Source of the DNA: an uncultured bacterium
GTDB taxonomy: Bacteria > Verrucomicrobiota > Verrucomicrobiia > Limisphaerales > UBA8199
Length of the DNA: 64,000 nt
Direction of reading: 5' to 3'
NCBI GenBank assembly: GCA_963749495.1
Contig: CAVVMW010000006.1
Coordinates: 64,001-128,000, forward strand
Of this stretch, positions 1 to 9,939 are shown piece after piece. Each line of letters begins with the position of its first letter. Position 1 is the stretch's first letter. The notes beneath the pieces are model-generated. The model had not been told where the DNA came from. It saw only the letters and a program-made list of their open reading frames with translations, and ran no database searches. A program made the translations under genes and the position numbers.

Positions 1-398
1 TGCTCGCCAAGGCTTCGGGCGGCAACGGTCATTTAATAAAGGCATAACCAGGAGGAACCTGATCTGGCGGTCATTCGTTTAATCCTCCATGATCCCAGCG
101 ATCAATCTGCGCAAGAAGATCGCGGCTGCGTTGTATGGTCTCCTCAAGCGGAATGGTCCCGGCGGAGGGTGTTGTTAGGGGGCCCAAGGCGCGGAACTCG
201 AAGTGACTATTGTCGGCAGTGCGGACCTTGGCCACTTTCCAAGACGAGTCGGCGAAAGATGTTACTGGATTTGACATAATGTACGACCTCATGACTCCAG
301 TGTTTGCTTAATTCTTCTGCGTTTGGTCGCCTGACGGGGTCGTGCCAGGCAGTCGTTTCTGATCTGGCCTGCGAACCAGGCGGCGGGAGGCCCAGACA

Positions 399-614
399 TT
401 AGCCGCCCCTGAGGTCCGTTACCGGAACCGTGAAATTCATTCGCGGGTTAACAAATTCGCCCAGAATCTGCATGTTTTTAAGATGGCGGTTGAAGCAGAA
501 AAAGAGGGCGTCGATCCCTGTTTCAAACAGATGCGCTTTTTCGCGTTGCATCGTCCACGTGGAAAGGTCGGTCACGTAGCTGAATGTCCTTTTGTTTTGC
601 AGTAAAATGTTCAT
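399..614 (-). CDS. small hypothetical protein (MNILLQNKRT...)
   Basis: Compact AT-richer ORF with protein-like composition; ATG at 614 lies within track ORF 399..647. Confidence 0.55.
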   Translation of the reverse strand: MNILLQNKRTFSYVTDLSTWTMQREKAHLFETGIDALFFCFNRHLKNMQILGEFVNPRMNFTVPVTDLRGG

Positions 615-1223
615 AGACGTATCGGCTGCGGTTATGCAGCAGTTCATGGTTTAGACTTTGAATTCAGCCGGACTAGAGAGGGACACCTTGGAAGCCGCCC
701 AGGGAAGCGGGCCAGATCACACTTCAATATACTACTCTTTGAGAGCATGTCAAGAGCCTTTTTACAGGCTTTTTACAGGCCGCCGGCCTGCACGGCCTGA
801 AGCGGTGTTGGAGGGTGCCGCAAGGTCCCCTTCGATGGCGCGAAAGGTGGTCCTCCATACTCGCTTTGGTCAGGCAACAAAAGGGCCTTCTCCAAAACCC
901 GCCACACGAAGGCCGCGACTCCCGGCTCTTCGCTGGCTCGCGGCCCGGCCACGTTGAGCACCCAGATGTTGTGTAGGCAGTTCGTCGCCCTGGGCAATCG
1001 GTTAGTTCATCAGCGCGAGAGGTTTGACCGTGGGATGGCAATTGGGGCTCGAACATGGTCGTGACCCTGGAAAGGCGCGGGCTCATCACGCGCACCCCCG
1101 GCGCGGGCCGGTCAATTCAGCTCCTGCTGAGCCGCGCCGAGTTGCCGGATTTGGTCTAGCGCCGGTGCCCGCTGGCGCCGCTGAACCGCGCCAGCTAAGT
1201 GACGCCGGGGTGACGGCAACGCG

Positions 1224-2090
1224 CTAGCCATGGTTCGCTACCGTCTCCTGGCGATGGGCCCTCAGGGCGGGCGTGGCCGTTGCCATTGGCAGGCGGATAA
1301 CCTTGTTCTCGTACTCTTCCAACGATGGGCAGATCACCTTCGCCCCTTTCGCGTAAGCCTGATGCACGGCCTTGCTGGAGTGGCCCAGAGCGGCCTGGGC
1401 GAACCGTTCGGGATAACCGTGCTCGAAGGCCCGTTCAGCCCAAGCGTAGCGGTAGCAGTGCAGGCTGACGCCCTCCAATTTGAGGATACGGCAGCGACGG
1501 CGAAATTCCGCCGCCCGGTCGTTGGGCGTCGTCCGGCTCCAGTAGGGGAAGATCGGTCCCTCGGCGGGAATTTGGCGCAGGAGGGCTTCGAGTCTCGGCC
1601 CGATCGTGATTCGGGCTGGTTCGGCCTCCGGTTTGAGTTTGCCGCGATGGAACCACAGAATCCTGTTTCCCCAGTCAATATTGTCGCTGGTCAGATTCAC
1701 CACGTCTGACTGGGAGCCTCCGGTTTCCCAGAGCAGCTCGTAGTACAACCGCCGTTCGGCATTGCACTCGGTCGAGGTGATCCGGTGGTGTTCCGCTTCC
1801 GTGATGCCGCGCTTATTGCGCCACTTGACCTTCGGCCACATCTTCGGAGCCAGGAGCGGCCAGTTGAGTCAGCCCAGGCCGATGGCCAGATTGTGGGGGC
1901 GGCGCAGATAATGATTGGTGCATCGGGTTCCCAACCGCAGGGCCGCAAGCAGGTCTGCGGGGTGCGTGTCAATGATGGGCTTGTCACGGATGCCATCCAG
2001 GGCGGCGTCCCGCATGGCACGGGCGTAACGCAACTGGGTGCTGGCCCGGCCATGGGAGCGAAGTTCCTCCAAAACCGCTGACAGTGACCC
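1224..2090 (-). pseudogene. tyrosine recombinase/integrase, N-terminally truncated with an in-frame stop
   Basis: C-terminal catalytic motifs (LWETGG, SLHCYRY, ALGH, HQAY). Upstream ORF 1869..2276 is in the same frame and is separated by TGA at 1869-1871 (GLG*LNWP, where Trp is expected). Lies next to the tRNA-Asn 3' end. Confidence 0.8.
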
Positions 2091-2143
2091 TCTGGACCGC
2101 CTCCCTGGAACCGCAAGTGGTTGGGCCGCAGGCACAACCGAAT

Positions 2144-2218
2144 TGGCTCCAGAGGCAGGGCTCGAACCTGCAACCCGCCGGTTAACAGCCGGCTGCTCTA
2201 CCATTGAGCTACTCTGGA
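2144..2218 (-). tRNA. tRNA-Asn(GTT)
   Basis: TCCAGAGTAGCTCAATGGTAGAGCAGCCGGCTGTTAACCGGCGGGTTGCAGGTTCGAGCCCTGCCTCTGGAGCCA: cloverleaf, GTT anticodon, encoded CCA. Confidence 0.97.
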
Positions 2219-2386
2219 ACCCAAATTGCCGGTTAACGCCGGCCGGCCATGACGTTGCCATCAGACCGCTCTGCACGCCAGAGGACGCACAGTTTAGAGG
2301 CGGGCGGCTCCAGCGTCAAACTGATTCTGCTGTTGATTTCGAGATGCGTCTGGATACTTTTGAACCGATGTCTAAACTGAGGCGCT

Positions 2387-4435
2387 ATGAAGAAACGACT
2401 GCTCGGAATCATCCTGGTCTCGCTGTGCGGAATCCCTTTGCGGCCGCTGGCCGGGGCGTCAACTTTGCAGCTTCTGGCGCCGGGGCTCTTCGAAAAATCC
2501 GTCACCCGCGATCTGCGGCTCTCCGGGGAGCGGGGAGAAATCGAATTGGAAACCGGAGAACTCTTCGAGGATGACGGCCCCGCGTCCGGCCAATCTTATC
2601 AAAAGCCCGAGAACCGGGAAAGGGTGACCTCCCGGACGTGGATCAAGAAGGAGCTGCTCATCCCCAATCCGCAGGCCCGGGCGGCGTACCTGGTGGTTCT
2701 GTCTGAAGAGCCGTTTGAGGCCCTCATCAATGGGGTCCCCCTGAACCTCGGGCAAAACCAGAGCGGCAGGACGCTCCACAAAACCTACCCCTTTGACCCC
2801 AACCTCCTCCGGGCAGGCCGCAATGAGGTCATCCTGCGAACCTCGGGCAAAGTCTCGATCGCGCGGGACGATGAGTTCGCCTTGGGGTCGCGCACACGGA
2901 CCAGGCATCCTAACCGCAGCGCCAAGAGCACCGATGCGGGCAAGACCTGGGACTACGACCACCTGGGGCCGGACGGGGCCCTCGATGGGGAGTACGGGGT
3001 GCGGGTTTTTCTGGAGCACTATCGTGCCCAGGGCTCGCTGACAATGCCTGTGCTGGACGTGGGCAACCTCGAGGGCAATGCGGTGGGGACTCCCATCACC
3101 CAAACGGGCCCGATCACCGTTGCCGTGGCCGGAGAACCCGGACCCGCGGGACGCATTCTGGTCCGGGCACGAACGGGCGACACCTATGCTCCGGCCGACG
3201 AGCATTGGTCGGATTGGCAGGTGCTCGGTGAAACCGGAGGAAAGCTTGAGACCCCTCGCGGGCGCTATGTGCAGATCGCCTTGGAACTCTCCTCGCGCGA
3301 TCCGTTGCAGAGCCCAAAGTTGAGAAGTGTGCGCGTGGAAGCCACGCCCGTTTGCCCGGACAACTGGACGGCGCGGCTCCGCGTCCTGGAGGAGCACAAC
3401 GAACAGATCGTCCGCACTTCGATTCCGTTCGAGTACCGAACCCCTGGACCATCCTCATCTCAAGCAGTTGCGGGAACACTACAAGCTGGATGAGGTGGCC
3501 CAAGGCGCGCAGAGCGAGCTCGAACTGATGTTGCGCCTTGCGCAATGGGCCTGCAACTACTGGGATTGGCCCAATCACATCGGCGAGTGCTACCCTCCCT
3601 GGGATGCGCTGGAGATCTTGAAACCTTACAAGGACGGCAAGCCCACCGGCGGTTTCTGCCTGCAATTCAACCTGGTGTTTCTGCAGGCCTGCGAGAGCTT
3701 CGGGCTGCCGGGCCGCGTCATCTCCATCAGCCCAGGGCGTCAGTATGAGCAGCACCACGGGGGCGGTCACGAGATTGTCGAGCTCTGGTCCAACCAATGG
3801 AAGAAATGGGTTTACGCCGATGGCGCCCTCGCGTGGTACATCGTGGATCCGGCAACGGGCGTTCCGCTCTCGATATGGGAACTGCGCCAGCGCCAGTTGC
3901 CAACCTTGCGCGGACAACCTGTTCAGCCGGTCCGGGTCATCGATGCCGAGCGGACCCGGAACAAGCAATTTGTCTGGAATGGCCTGGGGGGCCCGAGCCT
4001 CTCAATTGGTACCTCGAACTGAGAATGATCCCCCGGAGCAACTTCCTGCAGGAGAAATCTCCTCTGCCGCTCAACCAGGGCACCGACGAATGGTCCTGGA
4101 CGGGGCATTACGTGTGGACCGATGCCGAGGTGCCCGCCGGCTTGTTGTTTGGCCACCGCGTCGCCAAGCACGGCGATTTCGAGTGGACTCTGAACCAGGC
4201 ACACTACGCCCTGGAGCCGGCAATGGAGCCTGGCGCCTTTCGGGTCCATCTGGATACCGAGACTCCCAGTTTTGAGACATTCCTGGCCGAGATCGACGGC
4301 GGGCAGAAAAAGCCCGTTTCCTCCGGGTTCACGTGGACGCTGCACGCAGGCAAAAACCACCTGCGGGTCAGGCCTCGAAACGTCTTGGGCAGGGAAGGAA
4401 TCCCGAGCTGGATCGCGTTGGAATATGCCAATTAG
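2387..4435 (+). CDS. secreted protein with transglutaminase-like C-terminal domain (two frameshifts, ~3430 and ~3990)
   Basis: Signal peptide; ORFs 2387..3493, 3327..4022 and 3797..4435 join; GGFCLQF / GHEIVE / YADG form a Cys-His-Asp-like triad. Confidence 0.6.
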
Positions 4436-4564
4436 TGGACTCCAGCCGCACTGTCGCCTTTTGCCCAGGCAGGGCAAGACTGAACTGGCGAGGCCGGCGG
4501 TTGGGACGATTAGAAAAAGTGTAACTTTCTCCTTGCCAATGACTTATGCAGTTTGCTAAGGGCT

Positions 4565-4579
4565 TGGCACAGCAGGTGC
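4565..4579 (+). promoter_or_regulatory. putative sigma-54 (-24/-12) promoter
   Basis: TGGCAC-N5-GTGC with correct GG/GC spacing, about 85 bp upstream of the porin ATG. Confidence 0.55.
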
Positions 4580-4662
4580 CTTGTCCGTCACAGTCCCGTT
4601 GGAGCCGCGTAGCGAGCGGGCTGTGACGGAATGCAACCAGACAACAAAACAAGAGAGAACCT

Positions 4663-5871
4663 ATGAGATGGAATCCATGGACAGTGGCTTTGATTGGCGC
4701 CGGGCTGGTCAGCGTGCCGGCGGCAGCTTACGGGGAAGAGAAGCCCAGCTCAGTGCTGACCGCGCTCTCCTCGACGACGTTGAGCGGGTACGTTGACACG
4801 TCGGCGCATTGGAACCTCGGCACCGGCAACGCCAATCTGCCGGGTTACACCCCCAACGGCGCGCTGGGCGGCGCCAAGGCCGACGGCTTCAACCTCGACG
4901 TAGTGGCGCTGACCCTGAACAAACCGACCGGCGAGGAACCGTGGTCCGCGGGCTACAACGTCACGCTCCTTTTCGGGCCCGACGCAGTGGGATACAATCC
5001 GACCGCCTTCAACCTGAAGACGCCGGGCGATTTCAGCCTGAAAGACACTTACGTGGAATTGAAGGCCCCGCTGGGCAATGGGCTGGAACGTCAAGGTCGG
5101 CACCTTCACCGAACTGCTCGGCTACGAAGTGTTCGAGACGGGCAACAACCCCAACTACACGCGCTCCTACGGCTACATGATCGAGCCCACGCAGTTGACC
5201 GGCGCGCTGGCCTCTTACCAACTCACCCCGCAACTGCTGCTCAGCGCCGGCGTCGCCGATACCTGGAGCGCGGGCATCGACTCGCGCGCCAACCCGCCCA
5301 AGGCCGAATCGTTCAAGACTTACATGGGCGCCCTCAGTTTCACTTGCCCGACCAACTGGGGTTTCATGGGCGGCTCGACTCTCCTGGGCGGCATGACCAG
5401 TGGCTGGGACGCCATCAATGGGGTGGACAAGACCAGCTTCTACGCCGGCAGCACCTTCAACACCCCGATCAGCACGCTCAAGTTCGGTCTGGCCTTCGAC
5501 TACGCCCTCCTGGGGCCCAATGCCATCAACGCCACCGTCGGCGCCGTCAATTCAGGCTATCAGTGGGCTGGCGGCGGCTACATCAATTGGCAGGCCACTG
5601 AAAAGCTGAGCTTCAATACCCGCGCCGAGTACTTTTCCCAGAGCACCTACCTGGTCGGCACGGGCCCGGCGCCGGCGACGGACTGCCAGCCCAGGCCCTC
5701 GAAATCACCGAGACTGTCCAGTACCAACTCTGGAAAAACGTCATCAGCCGCATCGAATTCCGCTGGGACCATTCCCTGTCTGACGTGACGGCCTTTGGCG
5801 GCCCCACGACCGGCGCTCCCGCCCTCGACAACGCATTCCTGGTGGCCGCCAACCTGATTTACAGATTCTGA
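4663..5871 (+). CDS. outer membrane beta-barrel porin (BBP2/DUF1597-like), frameshifts ~5085 and ~5680
   Basis: Signal peptide, TTLSGYVDTS, GTFTELLGYEVFE..N.NY.RSY motifs, terminal NLIYRF. Confidence 0.8.
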
Positions 5872-5884
5872 ACCTCTGGGCGGC

Positions 5885-5913
5885 TTGACAAAGAGCCGAA
5901 GGTGCTGTTTATT
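5885..5913 (+). promoter_or_regulatory. sigma-70-like promoter
   Basis: TTGACA-17 nt-TTTATT upstream of the leader ORF at 5931. Confidence 0.55.
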
Positions 5914-5930
5914 GGGTCCGAAGTTAGAGT

Positions 5931-6038
5931 ATGATCATTGCAGCGCAAATTAACCTGTGCGGCCAGCGCGGCCATGGACGGAAGTCCACGTGGCTCCGCG
6001 CCACTGGCCGTCCCGGCATCGTGGGAGGGATCTTCTAA
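5931..6038 (+). CDS. putative leader peptide (35 aa, MIIAAQINLC...GIVGGIF)
   Basis: Short ORF between a promoter and an intrinsic terminator. Confidence 0.4.
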   Translation: MIIAAQINLCGQRGHGRKSTWLRATGRPGIVGGIF

Positions 6039-6056
6039 CCGCTCATCAAGATTTCC

Positions 6057-6094
6057 AAAAAAACCCGCGATTGCCCCTCAATCGCGGGTTTTTT
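6057..6094 (+). terminator. intrinsic terminator / possible attenuator
   Basis: AAAAAAACCCGCGATTG-CCCCT-CAATCGCGGGTTTTTT perfect stem with U tract. Confidence 0.8.
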
Positions 6095-6118
6095 GTTGGA
6101 ACGGAAAAAGGAAACACA

Positions 6119-6463
6119 ATGAAAACAGACGACTATCGGGTGCCGACAGAGTTCATGCCCGAGACCCGGTTCGAGATCAGCCCGAGCCCGCCCGCCCCCT
6201 TCCGGGCGCGCGAGGAAGACGCCCTGGAGGGGCTCAAACGCCGGTTGCTCGATGAGGTACTCGAGCGGGCGTGGGACCCGGAGTGCAACAGCCGGTTGCG
6301 CCGGGCGGCCAATGAAGCGGCCGCGCTGGCTCGCCTGACGCCCTACCCGGCGCTGGTTTTCCCGGTGCTGTTCGAGGAGCGGGCCAATGCCGCCGTGGCC
6401 CCAGGTCCAACCGCGTGCGAGGCCCAAGCCCCGGGTTGCGGGCGCCATGTGCTGGCTGCGTAG
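6119..6463 (+). CDS. hypothetical protein (MKTDDYRVPTEF...)
   Basis: AAAAGGAAA RBS before the ATG; helical LRRAANEAAALA segment. Confidence 0.65.
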   Translation: MKTDDYRVPTEFMPETRFEISPSPPAPFRAREEDALEGLKRRLLDEVLERAWDPECNSRLRRAANEAAALARLTPYPALVFPVLFEERANAAVAPGPTACEAQAPGCGRHVLAA

Positions 6464-6602
6464 AGCCTGTCCCAAAAGCCCTGATTCCGTACCTTTGTCG
6501 CAGCCTTTGTCGGCACCTTTGTCGAAAATCGCCAATCCGACAAAGGTCTCGACAAAGGTTTCGACAAAGGTTCCCCACTCGCGGGGTTTTGGGACAGCCT
6601 CT
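6462..6602. repeat. MITE-like element with 16-bp TIRs and internal CTTTGTCG/CGACAAAG arrays
   Basis: AGAGCCTGTCCCAAAA...TTTTGGGACAGCCTCT; the same internal motif recurs at ~42245-42312 and ~45448-45540. Confidence 0.7.
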
Positions 6603-6667
6603 GCGCAGGTTGAACGCGGCGCGCCCTCGGGCGGTCTCATCCCGTGGAACTCTCCGCGGGCGGTGCA

Positions 6668-6820
6668 GGGCCGTTGACAAAATCGTAGCGCAGGTTTCCA
6701 AACCTGCCGTATCGCCGATTTCCAAATCGGCAAGGCGTTGGCATACCGAGCGCGCCCGGTTTGTGGACGGCCTGCGGGTTTGGAAACCCGCGATACAGCA
6801 GACTTGGAAGTCTGCGCTAC
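6668..6820. repeat. REP-like palindromic element (GTAGCGCAG...CTGCGCTAC)
   Basis: Nested inverted repeats; a related compact copy lies at 21734-21796. Confidence 0.7.
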
Positions 6821-6910
6821 GGGGGTGGTGCCGGGATGCGCCCGGCGGTGTCGATTTGGTCTGATTTGTTTTGACGGTTGCGGCGGGTGTCCTTACAATT
6901 TGCGGTGACA

Positions 6911-8062
6911 ATGAGTTTCAGGTCCTTCGATTGGAGAGGCCCCTTGGCCGTGGCGGCCATGGGTTTGGGCGCATGGGCGGTGTGCGCCGCCCCGGCAGGT
7001 GGTCCGCCGCCCGGCTGGCGGATTGATTTTTCACTGCCGCCCACCCTGGAGGAAGATGTCTCGACCAACCTGTCGCGGTTGAGCCGGAAGACGGAGCGTC
7101 TGCCGCAGGGCGAGCAGGGCGGGCAGAAGCTGCTGGACTTCTGGCGGTCCGGCACGTCCCTGGACGGCCTGCCCCCGCCGCCGCCTCAATCGCCCTTCAT
7201 CCTCATCCCGAACCGGCGCTTGCAAGGACGGCTGGCAAATCAGAGAGGCCTGAGTTCCATGAACAAGGAGGAGTTGCAGGAGTTGCTCCTGGCCTCTCCG
7301 GGGGCCGAAGAAGATCTCTCCAAGTCCGGCACCCGCCCTGATAAAGAGAAACGCTCGCGCCAGGGCCTGGAAATGTCACGGTCCGACCGCGAGGCCGACC
7401 TGTCCGAGCCTGACTCGCGCGGAAATAAAAACAAAGACGGCGAAACGGACCCGTCTGCATCGCGCAAGAAAGACAACAAATCTGAGCCGTCCGACCAGCT
7501 TGATTCGCGGGACGACTCCGAGATGCCTGCGGATCTCCGGGAGACCCTCAAAGAGTTTCGGCAACAGCGGGGCGACGAGGTCACCGCTGACTTTCTCTCG
7601 ACGCCCTCGCGGGCAAACCTCGGCCTCTCGGAGATGTTCGGTTCCAGGAGCCAGAAGGCCTCCGTGTTTGACAACGTGGCGCACAACCGGGAGGCGCTGG
7701 AGAACTTCAAGCGGGCGACCGAAGGGAAGACGGCCCTGGATAAGGCCATCGGTCCTCAGTTCTTCACCGGCCCGTCACTCTCCCTGACCCCTGTGGCCAA
7801 TCCGCTCGAGTCGCCGGCCGATTCCCCGGGCAGCCTCGACCTGCTCCAGAGCCGGGCGTTGCGCTTGTCCGACCTCCAGGGCGGCGGGTTCGATTCGCCG
7901 TTCAGCACGACGCGGCTGGCACCGTCCTCGAGCTTTTCCGATGGCAAGTTCGCAATGCCATCGACCTACCTGCTCGAGCCGCCCAAGTTCCAGGCCCCGC
8001 AGCAGCCGATTCTGCCCCCCCCCACGCCCACCTTCGTCTTCCCAAAACGCGCATTCCAGTGA
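6911..8062 (+). CDS. hypothetical exported low-complexity protein
   Basis: Signal-like N-terminus; TTGACG-17-TACAAT promoter at 6871-6899. Confidence 0.55.
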   Translation: MSFRSFDWRGPLAVAAMGLGAWAVCAAPAGGPPPGWRIDFSLPPTLEEDVSTNLSRLSRKTERLPQGEQGGQKLLDFWRSGTSLDGLPPPPPQSPFILIPNRRLQGRLANQRGLSSMNKEELQELLLASPGAEEDLSKSGTRPDKEKRSRQGLEMSRSDREADLSEPDSRGNKNKDGETDPSASRKKDNKSEPSDQLDSRDDSEMPADLRETLKEFRQQRGDEVTADFLSTPSRANLGLSEMFGSRSQKASVFDNVAHNREALENFKRATEGKTALDKAIGPQFFTGPSLSLTPVANPLESPADSPGSLDLLQSRALRLSDLQGGGFDSPFSTTRLAPSSSFSDGKFAMPSTYLLEPPKFQAPQQPILPPPTPTFVFPKRAFQ

Positions 8063-8069
8063 CCTGCCC

Positions 8070-8819
8070 CTAAAACAACCTGGGGTAGGCCTGCAGATAC
8101 CGCTCGATGCTCGTCGGCGTGATCAGGAGGAATCGCTGGTCGAATTCCGTTTGGGCGTCCCTGCCCAGCGGTTGGTCCTCCGGCGGGGCGCCGGGTTTGT
8201 TGAGGACCATGGCGGCTATCTTCCCGCTGCGGACCGCCTGGCCAATGGCGGCTTGATTGCCCACCATTCGCAAGTCCGGCAGGAGCAGGGCGAACTTCTT
8301 GCCCCCGGCCGCCTGCCAGGTCCGGGTCTGCCGGACGTTGACCGGCAGCCCGATCAGGCTCACCAGGATCTCCGCCTGCGGGTATTGGCGCGCGACCTTG
8401 TCCAGGGCGTTGTCGGCCACCAGGTAGCTGAGCGGCGTCGTGGTGGCGCGGTCGATCCCCGCCGCGCGAGGGTGCTCCAGTGCCCCGGGCTTCAACTCCG
8501 GGAAGACGACACCCTCGATCCTCACCGCCGTCCCCAAACCCTGCCGCAAACCGCGCACCCCGGCCTTTTCATACTCGTATATCTCCCGCGGCTGGCCCGC
8601 CAGGTTCGAGAACGGGTTGGATAGGACGATGGCCCGCCCGCCGGGATACTGCCGGGCCAGGTACTGCCCCAGAAACCGCATGGCCAGCTCGCGCTGCCCT
8701 AACGGCCGGCCGCCGAAAAGGCCGCGCAGAATGTGAAACTGCGCCTCGACCAAGCCCAGGCTCAAGATCAACAACACGACGGCGCCCGCCAGTTGCATTG
8801 CGCGTTCGTGCTTCTTCAT
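8070..8819 (-). CDS. hypothetical protein with N-terminal membrane anchor
   Basis: 249-aa ORF with typical codon usage and a hydrophobic N-terminus. Confidence 0.65.
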   Translation of the reverse strand: MKKHERAMQLAGAVVLLILSLGLVEAQFHILRGLFGGRPLGQRELAMRFLGQYLARQYPGGRAIVLSNPFSNLAGQPREIYEYEKAGVRGLRQGLGTAVRIEGVVFPELKPGALEHPRAAGIDRATTTPLSYLVADNALDKVARQYPQAEILVSLIGLPVNVRQTRTWQAAGGKKFALLLPDLRMVGNQAAIGQAVRSGKIAAMVLNKPGAPPEDQPLGRDAQTEFDQRFLLITPTSIERYLQAYPRLF

Positions 8820-8881
8820 GCCGCCAGAGCCTAACCCGCTTGCGGCCCGCGGGGAAGTCCTGTTCTCTGCGAAGGTTTTTC

Positions 8882-8945
8882 AACCACGGATCACACGGAT
8901 GGCACGGATAAAAGAAATCCGTGTTTGTCCGTGTCATCCGTGGTT
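8882..8945. repeat. 9-bp CACGGAT-type palindromic tandem repeat
   Basis: AACCACGGAT..CACGGAT..CACGGAT / ATCCGTG x3 ..GGTT; second copy at ~44749-44870. Confidence 0.75.
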
Positions 8946-8999
8946 AATTCCTGTGCCGCTCTGCGTTCTCCGCGTCTCCGCGTCTCCGCGTCTGAGTGG

Positions 9000-9410
9000 C
9001 TACCACTGGCGGACCCGGTAAAACCGCTGCGCCGCTGCCGCGGTGGCATCGCTCAGGACCTGCGTGCGGCCATTGCCGGCGATCAGGGGCAGCGGCGTCC
9101 AGGCGCTATCGGTCAGCGCGTTCTTGTCCTCGAGCCGATAGACCCGGCCGCTTTGGGTCGGCACATTGGTCTGGCCGTAGGAGTTGTCGCCCCAGGCTAT
9201 GACTTCGGCCAATGAGAGCATTGCGCCCGGGCTGAAGGCCGAACCGAGCTGGTTCATCACCAACACGCTGTACGTGCCCAGATTCGATGCCTGGACATTG
9301 GTGATGACCACCGTGGCATTAGTCGCGCCGTCAATGTTCGGGCCATTGAAGGGCCATTGGTAGCTCAAGGGCGGCATCCCCGCCGCAGTGACCGAAAAAA
9401 CATTAGGGGT
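9000..9410 (-). pseudogene. remnant of Ig-domain/RCC1-repeat surface protein
   Basis: FSVTAAG..PLSYQW..NG..I.GATN (Ig domain), AWGDNSYGQTNVP (RCC1-like) and QRFYRV tail are fused; no credible start. Confidence 0.55.
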
Positions 9411-9490
9411 GCCCCTCCTGGTGCTTGGCTCCTCGGTGCTTGAGCGCCCCCCGGGCAAATAGGCTCCAGGTGACAGACGGACTTTGTCGC

Positions 9491-9700
9491 CCGGCCCAAG
9501 GGGCCGGCAGAGCCCAGCCCAGGGCTGAGGCCGTTAGGCCGATGCCCTGGGTACAGGCCCAACGAAATCAATCGCGCCCTGGAAGGGCGCAAGACTCTGG
9601 CGGCCCTTCAGGGCGCGAGGTCCGTCTCTGCAACGAAACCCAGGGCATCGGCCTGGTGGCCTCAGCCCTGGGCTAGGCTCTGGCGGCCCTTTGGGCCGGG
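9491..9700. repeat. REP-like inverted repeat (CCCAGGGCTGAGGCC..GGCCGATGCCCTGGG)
   Basis: Long inverted pair; half copy at ~25466-25560. Confidence 0.7.
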
Positions 9701-9939
9701 ACGAGGGGCACGCCGGTATTTGGCGGCCCAGCGGGATGGGGCACCCCGAAACGTTCGAATCGCCTATGGCATCTGTTCAAAGAGCGGCGGGATGCGCCGC
9801 ACTCCAGGCGCTTCGCGACGGACGGACGCGCGTCCTTTCCTCGCGAAGCGTCTGGAGTGCGCGGCATTCCCTCGGTTTCGCGGCCGGGAACGACGGGTTG
9901 TGAGAAGTTTACATGTGCCCGCCACGCGAGCCCGGAGTT

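Noticed and set aside
1869..1871. TGA readthrough or selenocysteine in the integrase
   Set aside because: The gene is also N-terminally truncated and TGA is a normal stop elsewhere in the window, so a nonsense mutation is more likely.
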